Below are positions 1-8,250 of a DNA stretch of 64,000 nucleotides, piece by piece. A program made the position numbers and the translations under genes. The DNA is taken from sequence record OR529409.1, one strand, 5' to 3'. Under the pieces are notes generated by a model. It saw only the letters and a list, made by a program, of their open reading frames with translations. It made no database searches and was not told the DNA's origin. The first letter of the stretch is position 1; every line of letters starts with the position of its first letter.

Positions 1-300
1 TATTAGCCAATACCTGTAACTGAGTTTTAAACGATAACGCATATTGTCTCGGAAGAGATTGTCACACTCTTTCCTTTGGTATAACCCCGAGCCATACATG
101 TAATCGTGCACAGCTGCAGCCGGGAAATATTTATAGTAAGCCGGGTATAAACCCTGGAGCCAACGAGGAACACTCGCCCCGTCCGTCACCAAACCTTTAG
201 GGACGGTGACCTCTGGGGTCGGGTAATCTTCTCTGAACCGAAATTTATCCTCGGCTATAACGTAGTCAAGCGGGATGTCAGTAAAACTAAATTCTTCCAT
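1..300 (-). CDS. DUF1353-family protein (3' end runs off the window; not in ORF track)
   Basis: Manual translation from ATG at 300: MEEFSFTDIPLDY...VTVPKGLVTDGASVPRW...AAAVHDYMY...CDNLFRDNM; TDxASxPR and AxxHDxxY motifs match DUF1353. Confidence 0.8.
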   Translation of the reverse strand, partial: MEEFSFTDIPLDYVIAEDKFRFREDYPTPEVTVPKGLVTDGASVPRWLQGLYPAYYKYFPAAAVHDYMYGSGLYQRKECDNLFRDNMRYRLKLSYRYWLI

Positions 301-374
301 TTCGCTATTCTCTGAATTAGTTAGTAATAAACGATCATAGCATTTTAGGCTTTCGACACATAGAAGTTTTCAGT

Positions 375-384
375 TCTATATTAC
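375..384 (+). promoter_or_regulatory. Putative early (virion RNAP) promoter TCTATATTAC
   Basis: Contains the phiKZ early consensus TATATTAC, has a TTTT element upstream and lies about 40 nt before the ATG at 423. Confidence 0.6.
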
Positions 385-422
385 TGTTATGTAAACACAA
401 CCTATCATTTAGGAAAGATACC

Positions 423-968
423 ATGAAGCTCGTTAATCAAAAAGTTTATATTGTTAAGCCAGGCGATACGCTGTCAGAGATAGCAAACCATTTTTGTGGG
501 AATCCTGCTATCGGATACGATATAGCTGAGGACAACGGCATTATCAACGCCGGACTCATCTATCAAGGGCAAAGAATCTGGATAAGGGAGGAATTCCTAA
601 AGGAAGAATTTCGTCACGGACTTAAGGATGAAATCCGCACGACCTCTGCTCGGTCAGGTGGATTAATAAAAATAACCGAAGACCTTGTTGTTAAAAGTTT
701 TGGTGGGGTCAACGTTACAGAATCCGATTTCTGTAGTGCGAAATCTCGGGAACTTGGTATCTTCGACGCTTTCTTTTACGTAGTGTCGTCGAAAGAGGAG
801 CTGAACGGTGTCGCGGGAATCATGGTAGTTAACAATAAGGGATCCTATTTCTTTCTAGTGTTGAATGACGTCGGGGGCGTAGTATCGTTTTATCCGGCTG
901 AACGATTTGACATGGGGTTTATGGTTAGTGTAAAAGGCGCTTTACAATTATCGAAGACTTTAGTCTAA
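423..968 (+). CDS. LysM-domain protein
   Basis: N-terminal YIVKPGDTLSEIA...IAEDNGIINAGLIYQGQRIWI is a canonical LysM motif; TTTAGGA RBS. Confidence 0.85.
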   Translation: MKLVNQKVYIVKPGDTLSEIANHFCGNPAIGYDIAEDNGIINAGLIYQGQRIWIREEFLKEEFRHGLKDEIRTTSARSGGLIKITEDLVVKSFGGVNVTESDFCSAKSRELGIFDAFFYVVSSKEELNGVAGIMVVNNKGSYFFLVLNDVGGVVSFYPAERFDMGFMVSVKGALQLSKTLV

Positions 969-989
969 TTAACAATAAGGAATAACATC

Positions 990-1367
990 ATGTATGACGT
1001 TACTGTTTACCATTTCTCACGTCAGGAATTGGAAGAGAAAGATCAGGATTTCTTCGAGGACCTGACTAAGAACGAAGGTTGGGTAGAAGACATCGAAGAT
1101 ATTGAAATGGCGCTGGGTTCGAGGGAGGATTGCATTGAAGGCCAAGAGTTCAGATTACCCGTCTCGGCTTTAGATATCCTGGAAACGAAATGGGAAGAGC
1201 GTTTTGACAAAGGCATTTGTCTGGCGCCAGCTATTTACTATTTCTCGCCCGAATGCATTGAATCTGTATGTCGTGATCTTTCCGATCATGGTGCTCGGCA
1301 GACTGTTCTCTTAGCGGAGTACCTGCGGGACATTCCCGATACTGAGATTGTCGTTATCGAAATCTAA
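990..1367 (+). CDS. Acidic hypothetical protein
   Basis: ORF with AAGGA RBS, followed by a terminator. Confidence 0.7.
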   Translation: MYDVTVYHFSRQELEEKDQDFFEDLTKNEGWVEDIEDIEMALGSREDCIEGQEFRLPVSALDILETKWEERFDKGICLAPAIYYFSPECIESVCRDLSDHGARQTVLLAEYLRDIPDTEIVVIEI

Positions 1368-1395
1368 TTGCTGTGTAGTCGTTGGTAGTTCTTTT

Positions 1396-1420
1396 GGGGG
1401 CCTTCGGGCCCTCCTTTTTT
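1396..1420 (+). terminator. Intrinsic terminator
   Basis: GGGGGCC-TTCG-GGCCCTC stem with UUCG loop and a T6 tract. Confidence 0.75.
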
Positions 1421-1432
1421 AAGGAAAGTAAA

Positions 1433-1873
1433 ATGCGGGAAGATAGAAATATTTATCGTAACACGGCTTATATCAACGATCGTTATGAGAGGATAGGCGA
1501 TGCAGTAGAGGTAACACTATTTTCTTTTTCGACGTTTGAAATAGAGCAGGAAATTGTGTTTGAGTGGGTTAAGAAAAATCCCGCTATCAAGCTCGAACTT
1601 TACCGAGGTCTGAGTGATAAAGATTCTCCAGTAAATATCTGCGGGTCCGTTACTAATATAAGGATCAACCCCCTAGATTTCAAAGTCACTGGTACGGTTC
1701 GACCCGAAGGAAGAATGCGCAAAATACTGGAAGATACCATCAATCGGCATCAGCCTGTCACCATTAACATGCGAGGGATATTTGATTTTAGACATTCCGT
1801 TTATCGTTGTACTGAAATCAAAGGTCTGGTGCTAATGTCTGACTTTAGTGCCTTTCGTAAAAGGAGCATTTAA
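1433..1873 (+). CDS. Probable catalytically inactive paralog of the prohead protease fold
   Basis: ATG 1433 with AAGGA RBS; NICGSVTNI..VTGTVRPEGRMRKILEDTI..VTINMRG aligns by eye with the protease at 42981..43844 but lacks its His and Ser. Confidence 0.5.
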   Translation: MREDRNIYRNTAYINDRYERIGDAVEVTLFSFSTFEIEQEIVFEWVKKNPAIKLELYRGLSDKDSPVNICGSVTNIRINPLDFKVTGTVRPEGRMRKILEDTINRHQPVTINMRGIFDFRHSVYRCTEIKGLVLMSDFSAFRKRSI

Positions 1874-1891
1874 CTTCCATAATTTTTTAAA

Positions 1892-1901
1892 TCGATATTA
1901 C
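1892..1901 (+). promoter_or_regulatory. Putative early promoter TCGATATTAC
   Basis: Variant of the TATATTAC motif with an upstream T-tract, located before the HTH gene. Confidence 0.45.
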
Positions 1902-1961
1902 CGCTGTGTCTCAAACAAAAACTTTTTAGGTTGTTTTAACATCACTTAGGAGTACGCCCGT

Positions 1962-2336
1962 ATGCGTTATCAACATTTTTCTATTGTCTCTTCCAAAGAA
2001 GCATTTTCTATTCGTCTTTCTTACATCCTGCAGCATCTGAACAAAACAGAAACTCAGCGTTCTATCGCGGAGTATTGCGGGGTGAGCACGAGTACCATCT
2101 CCGCCATCTGCAACGAGCACGTCCAGTATGTATCCCTCAATACGCTGATGAAAATCGCGGATAAACTGAAACTCAACTACGAGGTTGTCTTTAAAGGCAA
2201 TCGCGGTAAAGTGAGTAACTTTGTTACTGTTGAATCCGCCGTGGATTACATGAAGCTCGGCAAGCTGAACCCCGTTCGTAAAAATGTGATGAAGGGTAGC
2301 TCCCCTGCATTTAAAGGACGGGTGGCGACGCATTAA
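1962..2336 (+). CDS. XRE/Cro-type helix-turn-helix protein
   Basis: TQRSIAEYCGVSTSTISAICNEHVQYVSLNTLMKIADKL is an XRE HTH pattern; AGGAG RBS. Confidence 0.8.
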   Translation: MRYQHFSIVSSKEAFSIRLSYILQHLNKTETQRSIAEYCGVSTSTISAICNEHVQYVSLNTLMKIADKLKLNYEVVFKGNRGKVSNFVTVESAVDYMKLGKLNPVRKNVMKGSSPAFKGRVATH

Positions 2337-2341
2337 TCATG

Positions 2342-2365
2342 GTGGGGGTCCGCAAGGGCTCCCAC
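2342..2365 (+). terminator. Intrinsic terminator hairpin
   Basis: GTGGGGGTCC-GCAA-GGGCTCCCAC followed by a T-rich tract. Confidence 0.7.
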
Positions 2366-2397
2366 GCTATTTATTAATTTATTTTTTAGGATAAAAC

Positions 2398-2955
2398 ATG
2401 ACCATTATCGTAGGGGTTGTAAAAGAAAAATCGTTAAGTGCGGACCGTTATATACTGGATTACAAGCAGATCAACAAAACAGTATCTTCGGTTTCACGCT
2501 ACACCGAAAGTAAACTAAAAATATCTCCTGACAATCATTTTTGTTATGTCTTCTGTGGCGAACAAAAAGAAGAGATTGTTCCATTGGTTCTTAACTATTT
2601 ACTCAGATTCGAAAAAGGTCTGGTAAAGGAAGACGAGTTTATTCATTGCGGACTTAAATCCTGCGACTCCCTCATTGTGATGTCCGCGAGACATTTTTAT
2701 TCAATTCAGTTAAATGAAAAACAGGGGGTTTTAGAAGTTCAAATCCGTTTGGATGGCGCGGTTACTTATCCCTTTTTAAACAACCATATGGTGGCCGCCC
2801 TCGATCTCCCCGGGGAAGTAATTCGCCAAGCACTGATGGAAGCCAATCTCATTCTCCACACCGATGAAAATGAAGTTGATGTGGTCCATCAAAAAGACCT
2901 CACTCTTATTAAGAAAGCTACCAAAAAGGAAATTAAAAATGCTCTTTTATCTTAA
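2398..2955 (+). CDS. HslV/proteasome-beta-like (Ntn-hydrolase fold) protein
   Basis: N-terminus (M)TIIVGVV...SADR...SKLKI..DNHFCYVFCG follows the Thr1-x-x-V-G / AD / K / AG pattern of Ntn peptidases. Confidence 0.5.
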   Translation: MTIIVGVVKEKSLSADRYILDYKQINKTVSSVSRYTESKLKISPDNHFCYVFCGEQKEEIVPLVLNYLLRFEKGLVKEDEFIHCGLKSCDSLIVMSARHFYSIQLNEKQGVLEVQIRLDGAVTYPFLNNHMVAALDLPGEVIRQALMEANLILHTDENEVDVVHQKDLTLIKKATKKEIKNALLS

Positions 2956-3397
2956 CAAGCGGGTTATCGTCGACAGCGTAGCTAACATCTTTATGTTAGA
3001 GGACAATACTCCTCACGTCGAGTTCTTATTGGATGGTGACAAACGATGGGCTTTCATTCCCTTTCATGAAAATAACGACAGTACGTTATCTTCCGCTATC
3101 TCAGTGAATGAGCACGGTGTTTGTTACAGTGCGCTTTTCAACTATAAAACGTTAAGTCTCGATCGCCGTATTCCGTTACCCTCTAATTTGTTAAAAGCCT
3201 TTCAAACAGGGGGAGACTCCGACTACTGTAACAACATGCACGTCGCTAAGGCCGCTTTCTATTACCATAACTGCACCTTTGACGAATTCCAAGCATTGCT
3301 AAACAAATCAGGCCGGGAGTACAAAATGTTTGATTTATTAGCAGTCTCTAAAAGGCTTAAGGCGATGCAGCCGGAACAATTTAACTGGGTTATTTAA
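2939..3397 (+). CDS. Hypothetical protein, possibly a degenerate paralog of the preceding gene
   Basis: ATG 2939 with AAGGA RBS overlaps the previous gene; FQTGGDSDY..VAKAAF resembles the HslV GSGG-helix region. Confidence 0.6.
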   Translation: MLFYLNKRVIVDSVANIFMLEDNTPHVEFLLDGDKRWAFIPFHENNDSTLSSAISVNEHGVCYSALFNYKTLSLDRRIPLPSNLLKAFQTGGDSDYCNNMHVAKAAFYYHNCTFDEFQALLNKSGREYKMFDLLAVSKRLKAMQPEQFNWVI

Positions 3398-3433
3398 AAC
3401 CAAGATTCCTATTATACGTTAAAGAATTTTGGA

Positions 3434-3443
3434 TCTATATCAC
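3434..3443 (+). promoter_or_regulatory. Putative early promoter TCTATATCAC
   Basis: TATATTAC-like motif with upstream TTTT, about 45 nt before the groEL start. Confidence 0.5.
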
Positions 3444-3487
3444 CGTCTTGATGCACTAACCATAATCTTTTTAGGAGTATTAACATC

Positions 3488-5065
3488 GTGAACGTTCGTG
3501 GCGTAAAAGTAAAAGCAGAAACCCGTCAAATTATTGATAACACCGTAGAGCTCGTTGCAACCGCGGTAACCTCGACCATGGGCCCTAACGGCAAGCTGGT
3601 TGTTATTGACGAAACGGGTAATCCTAAAATGACCAAGGATGGGGTGACAGTAGCGCGCTCTATCCGTTTGGATGATCGGGCAATGGACATCATCGCCAAG
3701 ATGATCACCGAAGCCTCGATCAAAACGGATGCCGAATGTGGCGATGGGACCACCACCACTGTATTCTTAACAAGAGCGTTTTATAACGCCTTTAAAGATA
3801 AACTGGATTTCATGACCAAACGCCGGGTGGAAGAGTTAACCAAAGAAACGATCGAAATGCTCAAAGGAATGACGAAGGTTATTTCTCTTGATAGCCCAGT
3901 CCTTCACAATCTGGCGTTAACAACCAGTAATAACGATCTGGATATCGTGGATAAACTCTACGATATCTTTAAGACCATACCTGATCCCATGATTGATTAT
4001 CGTCGGGGTGTAACAGGTATTGACGAGATCGAATACAGTAAGGGTAAGGAATTCACAGGCGGGTACGCACATCCCACTTTCACTAAAGACGGAAGTGGTA
4101 GCCCGATTACGATTGAATCGGGTTATGCGTGCATCTTTGAAGGGAAGTTCAGTATTCCAGATGACGAGTCGGAATTCCTGAAGCTCTTCGATGAGATCAC
4201 TGAAAGGGGATATCGTCAGACTGTTGTTATCGCACGTGAATTCGACGAACACACCCTGATGGTGATGAACAAAATGAATCACGTTATGCTGACGCAGAAA
4301 CTGGTGGAGGAACCGGTTTTCATTCCCGTGCGGGTTCAGGCTATCGGAACAGCGGGAGTGGGGATCATTGGAGATATTGCAACGGTACTGGGATTAAACC
4401 AGGATGTGGACTATTCAGGTTGGAAGTCTCGCAACTATGAAGTACGCCCCATTGAAAACGTTGTAGTGAAAGGCGCGCTATTCTTTGTGGGTAGCGTGTC
4501 CGATGATGTCTCGGAACGTACAGTAAAGCGTATCGCGCAAATTAAAGATCAAATCGATAACTTGCCAGCTGCTCAGAAACACACGCCTTTGGCGAAGATC
4601 CTGAGACACCGTATCTCTACTCTGATGGGTAACCGAGTGACTGTAACCGTTGGAGGAGAAACCGCTTCCGACATCAAAGAACGACTGGATCGATTTGAAG
4701 ACGTCGGTCGGGCTATCGCATCAGCGTTAACTAACGGCGTCCTTCCGGGCATTGGTTATTCATTGGCTTATGTTGGTAGTGAGCTGGTGAAGAAATATCC
4801 TGACGATTCTATAGTGAAACTGTACGCCGATGTATTGGGCGAGCAGCTTCACATGTTGATGGGTCGGGAATTCAATGATCCTGAATTAGTCTATGTCAAT
4901 CTGGCTACTGGGGAAACCGGTAAGCATCCTCAAGACATCAACGTCTGGGATGCGCAGTTAGCCACAGTCACTGCGTTAAGGGCTGGTGTCAGCACTGCTA
5001 TCTCTTTGGCGAGCACCGATACGTTAATTATCGGTAGTCGTGCAGGTGGTGCGGATATTCCCTGA
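3488..5065 (+). CDS. groEL: Phage-encoded GroEL-like chaperonin
   Basis: TMGPNG, KDGVTVA, GDGTTT and GGET..KERLDRFED motifs; 525 aa; GTG start with AGGAG RBS; no GGM tail. Confidence 0.95.
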   Translation: MNVRGVKVKAETRQIIDNTVELVATAVTSTMGPNGKLVVIDETGNPKMTKDGVTVARSIRLDDRAMDIIAKMITEASIKTDAECGDGTTTTVFLTRAFYNAFKDKLDFMTKRRVEELTKETIEMLKGMTKVISLDSPVLHNLALTTSNNDLDIVDKLYDIFKTIPDPMIDYRRGVTGIDEIEYSKGKEFTGGYAHPTFTKDGSGSPITIESGYACIFEGKFSIPDDESEFLKLFDEITERGYRQTVVIAREFDEHTLMVMNKMNHVMLTQKLVEEPVFIPVRVQAIGTAGVGIIGDIATVLGLNQDVDYSGWKSRNYEVRPIENVVVKGALFFVGSVSDDVSERTVKRIAQIKDQIDNLPAAQKHTPLAKILRHRISTLMGNRVTVTVGGETASDIKERLDRFEDVGRAIASALTNGVLPGIGYSLAYVGSELVKKYPDDSIVKLYADVLGEQLHMLMGREFNDPELVYVNLATGETGKHPQDINVWDAQLATVTALRAGVSTAISLASTDTLIIGSRAGGADIP

Positions 5066-5074
5066 TGCGTTTTA

Positions 5075-5092
5075 GGGGAAGGAAACTTCCCC
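5075..5092 (+). terminator. GNRA stem-loop after groEL
   Basis: GGGGAAG-GAAA-CTTCCCC; no U-tract, so it may be a stabilising stem rather than a terminator. Confidence 0.45.
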
Positions 5093-5107
5093 ATTGGGAG
5101 AATTTTT

Positions 5108-5365
5108 ATGGGCGTTAACACTTCGTCAATTAAAAATTCTAATAATAGACAACATAATAATTACAGCGATTCATCCTCCGCTCCGATTCAGTTGGATCGT
5201 TCGGGGGAAATTGTCGACGCCAGAACTAAGCTAACAGTTACTGGTGAAATTCCTCTTCGAAAGTTACCCACTTTCTCAAACCCACCGCAAAGAACAATAA
5301 GAGACGATAAAAAACCTTCATCACTCTGGGGGATGGTTAGAGCTCTGTTCTTTGTATTCATGTGA
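5108..5365 (+). CDS. Small hypothetical protein with a hydrophobic C-terminus
   Basis: GGGAG RBS; polar low-complexity body ending LWGMVRALFFVFM. Confidence 0.6.
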   Translation: MGVNTSSIKNSNNRQHNNYSDSSSAPIQLDRSGEIVDARTKLTVTGEIPLRKLPTFSNPPQRTIRDDKKPSSLWGMVRALFFVFM

Positions 5366-5368
5366 TAC

Positions 5369-5398
5369 TATTCCTCTACCCACGTGGGTAGAGGAATA
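5369..5398. repeat. Perfect 30-bp palindrome / terminator hairpin
   Basis: TATTCCTCTACCCAC|GTGGGTAGAGGAATA with no spacer, followed by T-tracts. Confidence 0.9.
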
Positions 5399-5432
5399 AT
5401 AACGCTTTTTATTTTTTAAGGTTATCTCACTC

Positions 5433-5471
5433 ATGGCTAAAATTTATTTCTATTACTCCTCTATTGTATAG
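5433..5471 (+). pseudogene. tdk: Orphaned 5' stub of thymidine kinase (MAKIYFYYSSIV*)
   Basis: AAGGT RBS; translation matches the Tdk N-terminus (E. coli MAQLYFYYSAMNAGK) and is an imperfect repeat of 6465..6496. Confidence 0.8.
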
Positions 5472-5496
5472 TAGAAACTATTATGGGGAAATAGAA

Positions 5497-6465
5497 ATGT
5501 CGAAAATTAGTGGTTACAAAGAACATCCGGTAATAAAAAACCTTTTCATCCATCCTACGGAAGATAATCACGTCCTGTATGTTAGGAAGAAAAAAGTATC
5601 TCGGATAAAGACCCATGTCGGTAAACGCGGATACGTTATTTTTACTATGTGGTTAAATGGGAAATCCAAGGGTTTTCGCTTCCACAAATTGAAAGCCGAA
5701 ACGTATCTCAAGAAACCCAGTTCAGACCACACCCTAGTCGTAAATCATAAGGACCATGTTAAGATCAATAACGATCTCGATAACCTAGAATGGGGGACTC
5801 AAAAAGAGAATGTCGATCATTCATTAAATATCCGTCAAAAGCTTTGTCCCCTCTATCGGATAATGGATTTGACCACGGGGAGATGGTGTACAGCCGGTAG
5901 TCGTAAAGGGGTGATCGAAATGCTAGCTTGTACCCAACGACAACTCTCTAACCATATTAAAGACCCTCGCTATCCATTGCTATTCAAGTGGGAAGTAACA
6001 AGGGGTTTTACTTGGAATCTTTCAAAAGATGATGTAGGTAAATATAACCCACGAGAGCTTCTTCCTTATGTGGTAGAAAAGAATGGCGTCGTTTTTTACC
6101 TGGCGACATTAGCTGAAGTTGGTGAATTGACAAAGATCACTAAATACAATATTACAGTTGCTTTGAAAAATCAACCAATTCTGCACGCCAAGGGATTCAG
6201 CATTCGGTTTATTAATTCTTATGAAGAGTGGATGAAGACTGTTATTGGGAAGTCCTATATCGATACCATGTTAAATAAAAGTAATAGAAATAAAAAACAG
6301 ATCGAGGTAATAAACACTCTTACGGAGGAGAAAACCACGTTAAACGGAATTATGGAATTAATGGAACTGACTAATTATTCACGACCTACCATCGACAGGG
6401 CAATGAAAAATATGTGTGAAGATGGGTGGGTGACTTTCAAAAATCTAAAGATAAGGTTTATTTAA
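5497..6465 (+). mobile_element. Free-standing HNH homing endonuclease gene
   Basis: HKLKAETY...VVNHKDHVKINNDLDNLEWGTQKENVDH (HNH_3 type) plus C-terminal DNA-binding-like repeats; flanked by duplicated tdk 5' ends. Confidence 0.9.
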
Positions 6466-7052
6466 TGGCTAAGGTATTTTTCAATTACGCTGCGATGAAT
6501 TCTGGGAAGACTACTGGTTTGCTGCAATCAGCCTATAATTACGTTGAAAGAGGAATGTCAGTCTTACTTCTTAAACCTAAACTCGATAATAGAGAAGGAA
6601 CCGATCCACTAATTAAATCAAGAATAGGATTAGAAAGCGAGTGTGTTTTTATTCCTGATGATGGGGATGAATTAGTCGACCTCATTCATAATAACAAAGG
6701 TGTTTCGGCGATATTCATCGACGAGGTTCAGTTCGTTCCAGTGCGGGTGCTTAGTGCCATCATGGTGATGTGTGACACCATGGATATTCCTCTTCTTTGC
6801 TACGGTCTCCGTAACGCTTATGACGGTAAGGGATTCCCGGGATCTGATTTCTTATTACGTCACGCTGATAAACTGGTCGAATGCAAATCAATTTGTTGGT
6901 GCGGTAAAAAGGCCACTCACAACATGATGGTTGTCGATGGGAAAGTGGTAAGGGAAACCACATCAGGGGGAAATATGGTTGTCGGCGGTAATGAACTGTA
7001 TCACGCCGTATGTCGTCAGCATTTCTTCGAAGGTAAATACAAAGACGATTAA
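6465..7052 (+). CDS. tdk: Thymidine kinase
   Basis: AMNSGKT P-loop, IDEVQF, YGLR, Zn cysteines CWCG..AVCRQHF; start overlaps the HNH stop (TAATG). Confidence 0.97.
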   Translation: MAKVFFNYAAMNSGKTTGLLQSAYNYVERGMSVLLLKPKLDNREGTDPLIKSRIGLESECVFIPDDGDELVDLIHNNKGVSAIFIDEVQFVPVRVLSAIMVMCDTMDIPLLCYGLRNAYDGKGFPGSDFLLRHADKLVECKSICWCGKKATHNMMVVDGKVVRETTSGGNMVVGGNELYHAVCRQHFFEGKYKDD

Positions 7053-7069
7053 CTTATATTTATTTTGAG

Positions 7070-7090
7070 GTCTACATTATCATGGTGTAA
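7070..7090 (+). promoter_or_regulatory. Early-type promoter, exact 21-bp copy of 58997..59017
   Basis: GTCTACATTATCATGGTGTAA, followed by the TTTTAGGAGTTAACATCATG leader. Confidence 0.7.
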
Positions 7091-7130
7091 GCATAGTACG
7101 TTTTTATTTTCCTTTTTAGGAGTTAACATC

Positions 7131-7625
7131 ATGATGAGCCAACTTGTAAATATTCTGAGTGAACACAGATCGGCGTTTATTTGGCCTTCCAACATCCTTC
7201 AGTTAGAAGATGAATACTTCTATCTCTCGGTCAAGATTACGGAGAGTGGTGTGGTCAAATGTATCTTCCGGAACAAGCTCACCAAAGACGTCCGTAAGTT
7301 CGACTTCTCTGATAGCATTTTTGATAAGGAGGGGTTATGGGATTATTTCAATGCGATCGGCAAAGAAGTCTACGCTATTGGGATTGACTACGGTAAAGGG
7401 TTCCAGCTGAAAATGTTGTTTGAGCCGATTAAGGCGATGATCACCGATAAGGCACATAAGCCTTATAATGGACATCTTCCAAGAGACGTAAGAACACCGC
7501 TGTTTTCCCCGGTCAATGCTCACAGTATTTATCTCGATGAAAACGGCGAGGTTACTCTCGATGGTTTCGAATGGGCGTCTCGCGGATTGCAATTAAAAAT
7601 CATCGAAGAGCTCTTAATTAACTAA
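7131..7625 (+). CDS. Hypothetical protein
   Basis: ATG 7131 with AGGAG RBS (true start is downstream of the track start). Confidence 0.75.
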   Translation: MMSQLVNILSEHRSAFIWPSNILQLEDEYFYLSVKITESGVVKCIFRNKLTKDVRKFDFSDSIFDKEGLWDYFNAIGKEVYAIGIDYGKGFQLKMLFEPIKAMITDKAHKPYNGHLPRDVRTPLFSPVNAHSIYLDENGEVTLDGFEWASRGLQLKIIEELLIN

Positions 7626-7668
7626 TTAATGTTATGCTAATTAGCTCATCACTGTAAAGAGGATTAAG

Positions 7669-8145
7669 ATGAAAAACCTGCTCGATTTAGTGCTCAAATT
7701 TTTCATTGGGCTTAACCCAGGCCTGGCCGTACTGATGGAAGGTGGTTCGATCGTCAATGTGGTTGAAAAACCAGAAATCGATCGTTACGCCGGTGACATC
7801 ATGCGTCCGGACGGCACAACCAAGCTTCTGTCGGTAACCTGGAAACCGGGTACATTTAAAGGCGTGTTCGGCCTCGATCCAGCCTTTGCTCCCGTCACGC
7901 AGGATGAAGCAGGCACAACCGAAGGTATCTTCCTGAAGACCGACGGCACGCCTTACTTTGCGTTGACGGCTGAAAATGCTACCGAAGCCAAAATCGAAGA
8001 AATCCTCGGATATGCTTTCGAAGAAGGCACGGTCGCAGTAGACACCGAAACCAAAAAGGTCAGCTTCGCAACGTCTACTATCGTTGCTGAAGTCGATCTG
8101 GTCGTTATCGAAGCGGCTCCGGTGGCCGACGGCCAACTGCCGTAA
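7669..8145 (+). CDS. Hypothetical acidic protein
   Basis: GAGGA RBS, codon usage typical of high expression, ends at a hairpin. Confidence 0.75.
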   Translation: MKNLLDLVLKFFIGLNPGLAVLMEGGSIVNVVEKPEIDRYAGDIMRPDGTTKLLSVTWKPGTFKGVFGLDPAFAPVTQDEAGTTEGIFLKTDGTPYFALTAENATEAKIEEILGYAFEEGTVAVDTETKKVSFATSTIVAEVDLVVIEAAPVADGQLP

Positions 8146-8153
8146 TAAGTAAC

Positions 8154-8187
8154 CTACTCCTACGTCCTTAACGGGGCGTAGGAGTAG
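8154..8187. terminator. ACTCCTAC-family hairpin
   Basis: CTACTCCTACGTCC...GGGCGTAGGAGTAG. Confidence 0.75.
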
Positions 8188-8250
8188 TTCGTTAATTATA
8201 ACTGACTTTTTTAATATATAACCACCAACGTTCATTTAGGACATAACACC

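Noticed and set aside
5108-5365. GroES candidate downstream of groEL
   Set aside because: No GroES motifs; polar low-complexity sequence with a hydrophobic tail.
5463-6494. Group I intron in tdk (exon 1 ends in U at 5462, putative intron ends in G at 6494, giving in-frame SSMNSGK)
   Set aside because: Only about 30 nt of non-coding sequence flanks the HNH ORF on each side, I found no P7/J8-7 core motifs, and the downstream tdk already has a complete N-terminus with a coupled ATG. RT-PCR would settle it.
7687-8235. 182-aa minus-strand ORF
   Set aside because: Antisense to 7669..8145, which has the RBS, codon bias and terminator.
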